64,000 nt of DNA. It comes from Lepidodermella squamata (taxonomy: Eukaryota; Animalia; Gastrotricha). Below the pieces are notes generated by a model. It made no database searches. It was not told the DNA's origin and was given only the letters and a program-made list of their open reading frames with translations. The first letter of the stretch is position 1, and every line of letters begins with the position of its first letter. Positions 21,006 to 32,225 of the stretch are shown here, one piece after another. The stretch lies in the NCBI GenBank assembly GCA_047495785.1, contig JBLDXI010000003.1:558001-622000 (forward strand), given 5' to 3'. A program made the position numbers and the translations under genes.

Positions 21006-23300
21006 ATGGCTTTGATTAAACCTGTATTTCTTCTGTTGTTTTTTCCCGCCGTTCATGGTGAATTAACGCAATCAAAGAATAGAACCAAAACCATCCGCTT
21101 GCTTTCACTAATACCCGTATTTGGTATGGATCCAAAGCAAGTTCAAGGATACACAGCAGCTATAAGCTACGTTTTGGACAAAGTTCACTCAAGTGCAAAC
21201 ATACTAAGCGATTATCACATCGAGGTGGAACAACAGGAGGAATTTTTCGGAAACTACGCTGTAAAGAGGGCAATCGAACATCGCAGAAAGGCAGAGAACC
21301 AAGTGCCTATCATTTTCGGAGCTGCCTTTGGCGAGGGATGTAAATCGCTCGGGGCGATCCTTCACCACATTGACAGCATAGCCATCAGCCCAATGTGTGG
21401 AGCGCCTTATCTGGTTAACCGAGAGCTCATTCCGAATTTATTCCTATCGATTGCGACCACCAAAACATCTGTCATGGCTGTATTAGCATTTATGCGCCAA
21501 ATCGGTAAGTGGGACACTTTAGCCATTGTAACGAATTCAACCGTACTTTTCGATTATTCCACAGCTTTCATGCTCCACGATCAGGCAGTTGCGAACGGCT
21601 TTAAAGTTCAAAGTTTCGATGCGATCAACCAAGTGACTTCAGAAGCGGTCGCTGTTTTGAAAGCCTCCCAGCAAAGGGTAATCTATCTATCGATAAGTCA
21701 TCCTACAATGGCACCGCAGTTCCTTTGCGAGCTTTATCGTGCTGGAATTACGGGTGCGAGGTACGTCATCTTCGCTCCATTCACGGCTTTCTCGACTACC
21801 GTGGTTCCTGGATGCTCGAGTGAAATCTTGATAGAACAGTACCGCAAAGTCCTTTTCCAAGGTATCGTTACAAAACCTTTAAACAGCTCAGCAAGAACTG
21901 ATCTAGGCGACAATGCTGCGGAATTTAACGAATTTTTGGAGAGCCGAAATATATCTCTCCGTGACGATCCATTCCTAGCATACATATTTCGCGATGCTCT
22001 CTCAACAACTTTGATCACTTTAAATCAAACGGATAGCATACTGAAAGAGGAATTCAATCTCACATTGTTAGATTACGATCGCTACCCGAAACTTGTGGCT
22101 ACAGTTACACGGAGAGCTTTGCTGTCAACTGAATTCAATGGTGTTAGAGTTGGAAGACAATCATATAGCAATGAGGGCCAATTAATTGGAGATGCTGTTA
22201 ATCTCGCCCAATTGAGTTCGAAGGGTGGTATGACGGCTCGTCTGCTCATCCGCCAATCGCGAACCAATTCTAAGGGTGAATCTGACCTTCTAAGTTTAGT
22301 CCTTGAAGCAGTCACTCCCATTTTTTGGTTAGGCGGTTCTCCTCCAAGGGTTCAGCCTTTTGTTCATTCGGAAATGTCGACAATCAACAAGCCCGTTTTC
22401 GCAGTAATTTGGTTCATAATAATCGTTGCGACTCTTTTACAAGGCTCAGCTGTAGTCGCAATTTTAGTTGACAAACCATTCAGGTTTCAGTTTAGAATTT
22501 TAAAGTTGACCGGATTGGTAGGGTGTCTATTCCTCAATTCAGCTGCTGCCTGTTTGTCGATCGATCGAACTGCAGATGCAGCAGGCTTATCCGATACCTC
22601 GATTTTCCTTGCTGTAGTTGGAGCAGTAGTTCCGATGTCGCTTTCAGCTTTTCGCATGCTTGCTTTGCACTCGCTGTCCAAGCAAATTGCTTTCCCCTTA
22701 GTTAAAAGAGCAGAGCGAATGTTAGCGCTATATTCGCTTCAGTTTGTCGAAAAGCCTAGCATGAAGTTGTTCTCAATATCGAGCGCAGGAGTTGCGACTT
22801 TGATGATTAGCTGGATTGCCACGAGAAAAACGAGGTGCTTAAAGTTTCAAGCATTCGCACCGATTTACGATGAGCCTTCTGATACGATTACTGGAAAGTT
22901 CGTCGTAAAATGCTTGAATTATGGCGCCAGTTCGACAATAGGATTCGCCATTCTTGGTGTTATTGGTGCATACCTGGAAGCTTTGCTGATTTTCGCATCG
23001 TTTCTATGCTATCAACTGGAGCATGTCATAAAAAGTCAGAAGATTGAAGTTCCGGAATTTGCATCGAGTGCTTTAGCAGTAATTTTCGGCGCGACCATGC
23101 TACCTGCTATCATTTTGATTCAGATCAGTTTGGCAAAGGACAATCTCACGCAACAAACCATATTGTCACTCAACTGCGCAGTCGTTTCAGCTGTATATTC
23201 AATTCTGTACATAGCGCCAATTTTCCGTGAGCTGATGGCAGCAAAACATCGCAGCAAAGTATACGTCGGAGGTTCGATCAAAATGCGCAACGTTTCGTAG
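21006..23300 (+). CDS. Class C GPCR, GABA-B-type architecture (VFT + 7TM), intronless, copy 1
   Basis: Signal peptide, ANF/Venus-flytrap motifs (ILSDYHIEV, PIIFGA..C, PNLF, WDTLAIV, FLCELYRAGITGARYV, IFWLGGSPP), no Cys-rich domain, seven hydrophobic segments. Confidence 0.88.
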   Translation: MALIKPVFLLLFFPAVHGELTQSKNRTKTIRLLSLIPVFGMDPKQVQGYTAAISYVLDKVHSSANILSDYHIEVEQQEEFFGNYAVKRAIEHRRKAENQVPIIFGAAFGEGCKSLGAILHHIDSIAISPMCGAPYLVNRELIPNLFLSIATTKTSVMAVLAFMRQIGKWDTLAIVTNSTVLFDYSTAFMLHDQAVANGFKVQSFDAINQVTSEAVAVLKASQQRVIYLSISHPTMAPQFLCELYRAGITGARYVIFAPFTAFSTTVVPGCSSEILIEQYRKVLFQGIVTKPLNSSARTDLGDNAAEFNEFLESRNISLRDDPFLAYIFRDALSTTLITLNQTDSILKEEFNLTLLDYDRYPKLVATVTRRALLSTEFNGVRVGRQSYSNEGQLIGDAVNLAQLSSKGGMTARLLIRQSRTNSKGESDLLSLVLEAVTPIFWLGGSPPRVQPFVHSEMSTINKPVFAVIWFIIIVATLLQGSAVVAILVDKPFRFQFRILKLTGLVGCLFLNSAAACLSIDRTADAAGLSDTSIFLAVVGAVVPMSLSAFRMLALHSLSKQIAFPLVKRAERMLALYSLQFVEKPSMKLFSISSAGVATLMISWIATRKTRCLKFQAFAPIYDEPSDTITGKFVVKCLNYGASSTIGFAILGVIGAYLEALLIFASFLCYQLEHVIKSQKIEVPEFASSALAVIFGATMLPAIILIQISLAKDNLTQQTILSLNCAVVSAVYSILYIAPIFRELMAAKHRSKVYVGGSIKMRNVS

Positions 23301-23389
23301 AAATCAGGATATAATTCTTTCGATTTGTTTCATATTACAGAACTTCCTGAATTCCTTTGATGCTCCCCTAGATTCAGAGGTAGATCCAC

Positions 23390-24340
23390 ACGGTATATTC
23401 GTACAGTGGAATTTTCCGCACGAATAATGAATCCGCACAATATTTCCGCATAGAATAATGAGTGATGGGAATTTTGCGCACGATCCCAGATTTAATAAAT
23501 CGCGGAAAGTTCCGCATGGCGTTGGTGTTGCGTAATCGACAAAGAATTTGGAGCGGCAATGCCCGCACGCGACAAGCTTAACCCGTTGGTCACCGTATCA
23601 TTCTTGTCAATTTATCCCTTTTTGTTTGATGAAATGGAGCTTAAGTGCGATATATGCAATGATGGAAAGACTTATGCTTCAGCTAGAGGTCTCGCTATTC
23701 ACAAAGATAAAGCGCAGAAGCAACTGCTATTATTTGACCTCGAGCCCCATTATAAATTCCACTTCCACAGCAATACTCCTTCACCCCACGACTTCATGGC
23801 AATTATGTTTAGCCAGTATCAACAACAGTGGCACAGCAACTGGCTTGCGGAGAATCTCCAAGTTTCGCAACCAACTCAACCGGCTGAATTCTTTACAGCT
23901 CTTCAAAACGTAATGGCGGAGAATAAAAAAAATTGGCAGACCACAATCAATAGAATGTTTTGGTGCCACAATTGTTACTAAAGTGTGTCCCAGTAAGGCA
24001 AGCAAGGAATATACGGGGAAAAAGGAATCCGAAGCTCGAAAATGAGAGGCGAAGTCATAATTGATGACCAGAAAAATCGTAGAATAATCCAAAATGACAT
24101 ACCAAGTATGCCGATTGTTCATTGGATTAAACAACAATGACATGGCATGTAAAGGATTTTATTTGTACCACCATCCGTCATAGACGCTCTCGGCTGAGGA
24201 AGATACTGCGTTTCGGAGGCGCCAATTTCTTTTTGGCAGGAGAAGATTTCGTAGAAGCTTCGTAGAAGCTTCGTAGAAGCTTTTTAAATTCCGAAGCACT
24301 ACCATGGGAAATTACTATTAAAGTGCGGAGGGGCACTCTA
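23390..24340. mobile_element. Possible degraded DNA-transposon fragment with C2H2 zinc-finger remnant
   Basis: ORF 23559-23981 contains CDICNDGKTYASARGLAIH. Repeated TCCGCA motifs occur at 23416-23520, with an inverted GTGCGGA at about 24323. Confidence 0.35.
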
Positions 24341-24564
24341 AGAGAATAAAACTGTCGTTTATTAAAACTACAGGTGAAATGCATGGGAGCAGTGATTGCT
24401 GTTCTTAAGCGCTTAGCATGCCGAGAAACAGAAAGGTGGCTGTTTTTAGGTTTGAAACCTAATTGAAACCTTCACGTCTAAAATTAAAGAATCAGTATTT
24501 ATCTTGTTATCGAATTAACAAGCTAGACGGTTAAATATCATGATTTGAATTTTCACGTGAATTT

Positions 24565-27500
24565 TTACATGACTGTTATCACAAGATGAAAATTGATGAC
24601 GACAATAGCTCCGACAGCAACTAGGAAAGCCAGGGTGTCAATGAGTCGCAGAAAGGTGACCTCAAATCTTCCTGCTACGATCGTGCTGGCCTTGTCCAGG
24701 AAGCGGCGATAACATTCTTTACTAGAAATAGTTGTTAAAACAATTTCGTAGATGGTTATTGCCGCTACAACCGCTGACAGCATTAGAACGTAATTCGTGT
24801 AAAGCAGCTGTTTCGAAGTCTCGGAAACACTGCTGAGTACATCAGATTGGGCTACGACTAGCGCTAGCATAAGAGTCGAGCAGAGAACAGGCCGATCAGC
24901 TACATCAGGCTCCATTAATATGGAACTAAGAGCCAAAACGATTAGCAAATAGCAAGGCATAATCAAATTTACGACGTAGTAGGTTGGATCACGTGTGTAA
25001 GTCAGAGCGATCTTGCCATAGGAGACAGGCGCTCCGGTTCGAGAGGGCGACGAGCATGTTCCTCGATACGTCATCGTGTTAGTCAGGGTCCAAATGCCAG
25101 TGGAGAGCGAGGCATAGGCTCGAACATATACCCCGGCTATAGCAACATATACAGCCGGCTCATCCATCAGAAATGTGAACTCGCATGTTTGTGAATCGAA
25201 TGGAAATTTTGTCAGATCCATGTTGCAAGACGATGTGAAAGTCCCGATTCGGTCCCAATGGAAGAACGATGTCCTATCTGGCGTCGAAGCGTAGTAGATT
25301 ATCTGATTCTTCTCCCCATAATCCTGGTTGTTAAGGTAAACATTTCTAGTAGAGTTGGGCAGAGCGATTTTCGGCTTCCAGAAGTACATGTTATCAGCTG
25401 GGATGATTCGTTCGTTCAAGTCGACCCCAGGCGCTGTGTAGTTTTCACTGCAAGATTCGACAATCCATTGCGTGAGAAGTGAGCCCCAAAGTGAAATCTC
25501 ACCATGAGCCTGGTCCATCTCGACTAGTTTTTCGATCGAGAAGGTCAAATACAACGATGTGTTGAGTTCAGGCGATCGGCGATTAGCTGCTATGAAGAGG
25601 CACTTTTCGATGTCTTGAAATGTTACGACTGGCTCGTAATTCCCGTCTATTGCATCGGGAATCGGAGATTTATCGAGAAACATCAGCGGTTGGTCGGTAG
25701 GAAGCATTTGCGCCGTTTTGGTACCCGACATCTTTGTTGTCCTTTGTGAAATTGAGGTCTGAATGGAAGGCGTAGACAATGGAACGGCTGTTGGGGCGAT
25801 GCCTTCACTTAGGAACCAAAACAACCTGTGAAAATTATAATTTCATTGGGCTACGGGCCTTGGGAATCGGTTCTCACGCTTTCCGGAAGGAAATGCTAGC
25901 ATCTTTAGTGCCAAGGGCGTTGATTCCTAAGGACATGCTACTCGAGAGAACGGTCGACCGAAAGCCAGGTGCGAGAAAGTTTTGAAAGCAGCTATAAGAT
26001 GGAGTAAGGCCTTGACCCGGCATCTTTGAAATCGAAACCTATATACCAGAAAATAACGGTTTTTACGATGTAAACTGAGGATGCAAATCTAATGTCAAAA
26101 GATTGGAGAACCTCATGGCACGGGCGTCTCAGAAGTAACAGTGTGAAGTCAAGTTAAAACAGGAGAAAATAGCGAAAATGACCGAGCCATTCCCGTTTGG
26201 TTTTTTGGGGGTTTCTTCAGTTAACTTCAATTTTATTCGATTTTATTCGAAAGTTTGATTTCGTTTGATGCTCAAAAAGAAAGAACCCGAATCACCTGCC
26301 ACGTCTCATCTTGTTGTTCGCTAGATTATGCTCTAAAAAATCAACTCCACCAACCCCACCTACCCCACCATGTTGGTTATGTTGGAGAGCTTTCGAAAGG
26401 TTGAATATGAAAACAAATTACGTTAATTTGGTCGTTAACATGTTGTGCTACGATTCGATAGCTCGTGTTACCAGTTGGAGCAACAAATTCGGCGTCACCA
26501 CATCCTGGAGCTGTAGGGGTGGCTGTTGTTGGAGGCATCGGAGGTCCCGATGTTCGATTTGCATAATATGCTGCGTACAATTCACCCCGATTAGCTGCCA
26601 GAACTTGCCAGATGCTGAACCCATACAGCTCTGTTACGCCCGTCAATTCGTTTGTTGTATTCGAGATCGCTGAAAAACGACGATTTATATAAAGCTCAGG
26701 AATCGTTGCATTTAACGCTCACTCCAACTTGGTTTGGAGCCGCCTAAGCTGAAAATCACGCCAAGCCATGCCGCAGATCCGTCCGAGCTACATTTCACAT
26801 CAATTTCAAGCTCGAACCTCCAGTCTTTCAAGTAATTAAGACTGGCTGTTGAGATGAAATCATAATTTTTGAAATTCATCGGAAGATATAGCCATCAAGC
26901 TCACGTATAGGAAATAATTTCCAGATTGAGATCCTGTCTTGATGAGAGAGTACGATTTTCCACCACTTGATCCCGTGAATTTAGTCGTTGATGTGAACTC
27001 GCCGGTGTAGTCAGTGCTGAAGTAGCCAGCGTATCTTAAATCGCCAAAATTGGTTGGTAGAGCCATTGCGTACAAATCAGGCTGCGGAGGCGAGTCATCC
27101 GTCAATGCCCAAAAGTACCTTGACAGGCGAATAAGTAACATCAAAAAGCTAACTTGCTTGTTCCTCGAAAGTCATTCAATATCGTTTGATTTGTTTGAAA
27201 AATTCAGCCAAAAGATTTTATGGATTTAAAATACCGAATAACGTAACATCCGAATTAGAACGCAGAACCTAAATAGATGGCAGTCTCCATTATTTGCAAG
27301 GCCTTGGGGTCAGTCAGTGGAAATTATCTCGAAACTAATGAAATTCTCCAAAAAAACCTTAAAGCTCCAGGAAATTTTGTAATAAAAACTGTACAAATAA
27401 ACTTCATTATAGATTATAGGTAATTTCTACCAAGCCATTGGATATATCTCCTAATAGAAGGCTAAGCTTATCCCAGTTTTCGCCGAGCTACCCAACGGAT

Positions 27501-28532
27501 CTTCCACCCACGTACTCCCCGTTTTCGAATCACAGATTTCACCTACATTTTCTCGAGAAGTACATCTCCATCAGCTCCATTTATCGCGTAGAACCTCGGC
27601 TCTAGAGCTGCTTGTGTCACCTGATAGCCGATATAGTAGATGTAACCCGAAAATGTAATCCCCGTTGAACATGATGGTCCACCCGCAATCGGAACCACTG
27701 CAACCTGTGTTATCAAAAAAACAAATATTGCATCATTCGGGCCTAATGCTCAGTGGCATACCGTTAATACGTCTATCGCGCTCTGTAAGACGAGTCGCAT
27801 CTTCGCCAAGCCTGAGGAGTCGAGAGCGTTCGATGCATTGCAATTTGGGTCCCAAGAATGTGAGTTGCTGTCGTTAAAAGGAAGCGGTATCGGACCAGCT
27901 GTATCAACGCTGTTTCGCCATGAAATCACCATCTTGCCCTGCGGCTCGAGTTTTAACCAGGCCCCTAAGCCGAAGCCAAACTTTGAAAACAAATCGTAGT
28001 AAGTCGCAGTGCTCGACATATCTATCGGAGATGTGTAAAAAATATAATGACTACAACATTCGAAAAATCAAACTCGGAACGATTATTTCTTCGCTGAGCT
28101 GGAATCCAAACCAAGCATTTGAAGGCCCGCTGGTTTTGTATCTCAATTCAACTTCCATCTCGATTCGCCAGTTGACTGACCGCGGTGCAATTATTCTGTT
28201 CACTGTCTTTTGAAAATCAGATGTCCTATCGCGTACAATCGAATACAAAATCCTACCGGTCCTTCAAGCACAGCGAAAGATTCATTAGGATTCACATTCG
28301 AGCCTGTCATCGAGTTGAGCTGGTAGCCGTTTCCAACTTTTCGCGTTGAGTAGAAACCGCTGAACGTACCATTTGTAGTTACGCTTGAATTTTCCGCATT
28401 AAAAGACATTTGTGGGTAATATACAACAGGTCCTTGGAAACCGATTGGCAACGGTATATTCGCAACGTCTGGCGAAGGATCATAACCAGAGAGGGCTGGG
28501 ATCAAAATTGAGAGAACTGAGATTCTCAGCAT
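24565..28532 (-). CDS. Cys-loop ligand-gated ion channel subunit with two tandem N-terminal accessory domains (about 940 aa, 9 exons)
   Basis: The last exon (25825-24565) has WKPKI, Cys-loop CNMDLTKFPFDSQTC, R.PTYYVVNLIMPC and four TMs. Upstream exons are 28532-28257, 28206-28074, 28021-27771, 27704-27547, 27118-26905, ~26845-26723, 26669-26422 and 26038-25878, starting with signal peptide MLRISVLSILIPALSG. All junctions are in frame except exon 5/6, which is 1 nt off. Confidence 0.8.
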
Positions 28533-28697
28533 TTTAAAATGAATACCCGCTTTGTCTTCTATCGGTTCGAAACGCTGATACTTATATATGTTTTGTTATC
28601 GACAAAAGCAGTTACCTTGTTGACGTTGAGTTCGCGCATTAAAAATTCATGCTGGCTTTTAGACAAAAAACAGCCAGCTTGTTGACAAAGAGTTCAC

Positions 28698-29424
28698 GTA
28701 TCTATTCGGAACAAGAATTCTGTGTCACGCACTAGATATACTCGAACGTTGCGTGTCTGCGATTGGCTTCTTTAGCACAAGTGGGCGTCAAGGCTATTCG
28801 AACACAGCTTTTCACACCGAGCAAGCCACCTGTTAATCACCTGAAACTGGTTCATAAATTTTTTTAAGCGTGAAAAATTGCAAACATTCAAAATACCAGT
28901 CTAATGGGATAATACCTGGTACCCAATTAGAGCTAGCATTATCATGGGTATTTCGGTGATAAAGGCACATTAATGGCCAATAAAGCTCAAATTCCGAAAA
29001 TGAGTTGCTGCACCGGATGAGCGGTGCAATTGCAACTGATAATAAGCTATTTGTCTCCGCCCGACTTGTTGCCTTCGGTTTTATTTCAATTTGGTTTGCC
29101 GGCAGTCCTTCAAGCGCGCGGCGAGGTGAGACTCCAGGATACCCAGGATGATGGCGGCGAGTAATCAGGATAAATTTATTAACCAAGAATAAATAACATT
29201 TTCAGGGATACCCTTTGATAATATGGTTCTTTTCCTGTTATTCGCTTTAAATCTGGTCAGTTGTCATATTAGTGTTAGCATATTAGCGGCGGTATTCCTT
29301 GATTTGGAAGGGCGTGTTCGAATAGCCGCTTCACACACCGCTGTGTTCAAGTAGCCATTACGAAGCTCACATTGTGTTCGAATAGCCATTGCGTGACATA
29401 CATTTCACTGTGTTAGAATAGCCT
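28698..29424. mobile_element. MITE-like element with inverted GGCTATTCGAACAC-type subterminal repeats
   Basis: CTATTCG(G)AACA motifs on the left are mirrored by GTGTTCGAATAGCC x3-4 on the right. The element interrupts a ~58-bp tandem repeat (GACAAAAAACAG..CATTAAAAAATCATG) found on both sides. Confidence 0.6.
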
Positions 29425-29657
29425 CGTCCATTAAAAAATCATGACGGTGGCTTGTCGACAAAAAACAGACGACTTATTGATATGTAGGTCACGCATTTAA
29501 AAATCATGATTGAACTTGAGAGCATATTGGAAGGCACGGAGTTCGACAATGTGCTCAAGTTGCACCTCTATTAAAATCAATGAGAGTTTGCTGCTGATCT
29601 CACGTGAAATTCAAATTTTGCCATAAAACCATTTACAGACTGTCGGCCTTTGACAGT

Positions 29658-29788
29658 TGACGGGGAACTCCCCGTTTTTCATGTGTACTCTCTTGGCCTC
29701 CTGGACTTTTTTACGCGCACACATAACTTCCTTGACGTACGCGCACACGTAACGACGACGACCCACGACAACGGGGAGTTCCCAGTCA
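29658..29788. repeat. Short inverted-repeat element (mini-MITE)
   Basis: TGACGGGGAACTCCCCGTT ... AACGGGGAGTTCCCAGTCA, with an internal direct repeat TACGCGCACAC. Confidence 0.55.
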
Positions 29789-29892
29789 TTTTTTCATTTT
29801 AATCGTCACGGAATGCAGTGTATAATTCATTGTCATGAATGTTATAATACCATGATTAATCATCAAAAATACATCAACATGCACATTTATTA

Positions 29893-30208
29893 CATTTGAC
29901 GACCACCGTTAACAAGTGAAAAGTGGGGTTTGGTGAATTCTTAGACATCGTGAGATTTTGCAGCCGATCTAAGAATTTGATGGAATCAAGATAAATGCTT
30001 GCACGTAAGTCGAAATCGGCGACACTTTGGGATCTCAGGTCTTTGCGGTGGATGGGAGCTTCCCAGAGGTCTCATTTCCTTTTTTAATTCAAAATCTTCG
30101 AGAAAATCTAAGTAAGAAAATGTAGGAATCGTTCCACTTTAAGTCAACACACTACAGAAAATGCGCAAAACCCCACTTTTCACTTTTTAGCGGTCGGTGC
30201 GTCACACG
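29893..30208. mobile_element. MITE with ~45-bp imperfect TIRs
   Basis: AAGTGAAAAGTGGGGTTT (left) versus AAACCCCACTTTTCACTT (right), extending to TGACG/CGTCA ends. Confidence 0.62.
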
Positions 30209-32225
30209 TGCTTTTCGTGAGCTAAGGGCAGCTAAACATCCAAGCAAGTGATAAAAGTTGTATATTTCGATAGCTTAGCCCATTCTGGTAAAGAAAATAT
30301 TTGTTCTGGAATTTTCAGATCACATTTTAACAATTTTTTCCGCCCCGACATAATCGACAAATTTCGATCTTCGTGATATAGTGACCTACTTTGCGAATAT
30401 CTAGATGACCTTGTAAAGGTCCCAGGATGACGAGCCTGGTCTCGTTCGAAAGAGCGCCAAACGTTGTACTAGGATAAAAATTATCAACAAATTACAAAAA
30501 TGACGTTTTTCAAAAAGCAATTTAAAAATGGGTCGATTTTGCATGCATTTAGCTAGGCGCACATGGCTCAAATAAAACGCACAAAAATGTGGCTTTGCAC
30601 ATGGTGACCTTTGCACCCTAAAATTTTGACACTATGGCAGGATCGTAAGCTTCCGATCTTTATTATTATCTATGGAGATAACCGTTTCCTTTGAAAACTA
30701 GCCTAAGGAGTCACGCGCCTTGAGCAACATCTGCGACTAGCCTTACAAGTCTAAAAATAGGTGCGTATTATTTCGCGGACACATTGTAGTTTAAACCCGA
30801 GCTATTCAACACGCCTAACTATGAAAATGTCTAGCAGAAAGATATATTTTTGGTTAATAAATTTAAATTGAAAATCGAAATTATAGTATTCGTCTGAAAG
30901 GAGGACAGCGCTAACTAGTGTATCATTTTCGGCAGGTAAGCGACTACATTGCGGTTCCAAATTGTCGGATGAGGTGTTTTAACCCAAATATTGAACACTG
31001 AACACGAATGCATAAAAAATCTGGGTTTCGGGATTGATTCTGAATGTTAACTACAGCTAACTACAGCGTGCCTCATAAGTTGCGCAAACATTTTTTAATT
31101 TTGCAGATTTGTGAAGAAGTTAAACCGAACCTGATTTTTGAGTAAATTTTTATGATACAGCTTCAAAATTTATATGGTTGAATAGAGCGGGAGCTACTGC
31201 CCTTTATGGCCACGGCTCGTCCACAGCCGATGAAAACTGTCGTTGCAACGCCAGGATATAGTGAGGGCTGAAATTCGTAAATTTACTTAGAAATGTGCTC
31301 AGGGAGGAATTTTAAATTGTAAATTCGAATAATTTCGGCAGTATTGCAAAGACAAGAGTCTCTTATTATTTGTCGATGCTTCAGGGATACAGAGGATGAA
31401 TTTTCACATGAAGTTGAAATTATAAAATTAAGGCGGATATTTTAAATTATTCCATCCTCTGTTTCTTGTCTACGTGGTCGAATTCGGTCGAAAAATTGAA
31501 AAAAAAATTAAAAATTGACCTGAGATTTTGTCGGAGCCATATGCGTTTTCCTGAAAAAGATAAAGGAAGAAGTGGTACTGGTACAATTAGCTTTCATAAG
31601 CCGGCATTTCGCGTGCTATTTTGTTTGCATTTATTAATTTAATTTAATAAAATTCATTTATTCAAACTTGAAAATTGATTTTTAATAGTTGTGAATTCCT
31701 TGACTTAAAATGTGCCTTAGGTGTTAGGTGATAGCCTTAGATGATAGGTGTACCATCGTGTTCCGCGAGGTTTCCGAATAATGTTCTCACTTAGCCGACG
31801 TTTTAACGTTTTGCCGTCCCAAAATTGATAAAAATAAAATTTATATCGAACCATTGTGACTAAACGTGACGCACGTGACTAATCAGGGAACGTTTCAGAC
31901 TGCTCGAGCAGCCTGAAAGGTAGCAGGATAAAGTGTTTCATATTATGACAGCTTGAAAGATCACATGATACTTTGGCGTGCGCTATGCGTCTCGGGATGT
32001 TCACCTACTGACGGAGTATGGTATCATAATGTTTGGCTGAACGCATCAGTCGTTACATTCTTCATACTTATTATCGTAATTATTTATTACTGTTATGCAG
32101 TCAGATCGTCGCCCGTCTTTGATGAATTCTGTCATTCATTAGAACATCGCCGTCTGATATATCCCCTTACTCAATCGCATATTAAGACAAGCAGTGTGGT
32201 AAAAGCTTCAAGTCACTCGGATGCT

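Noticed and set aside
31953-32225. 91-aa N-terminal extension of GPCR copy 2 in the ORF track
   Set aside because: It starts at TTG and aligns with the non-coding upstream region of copy 1. ATG 32226 matches copy 1 and precedes the signal peptide.
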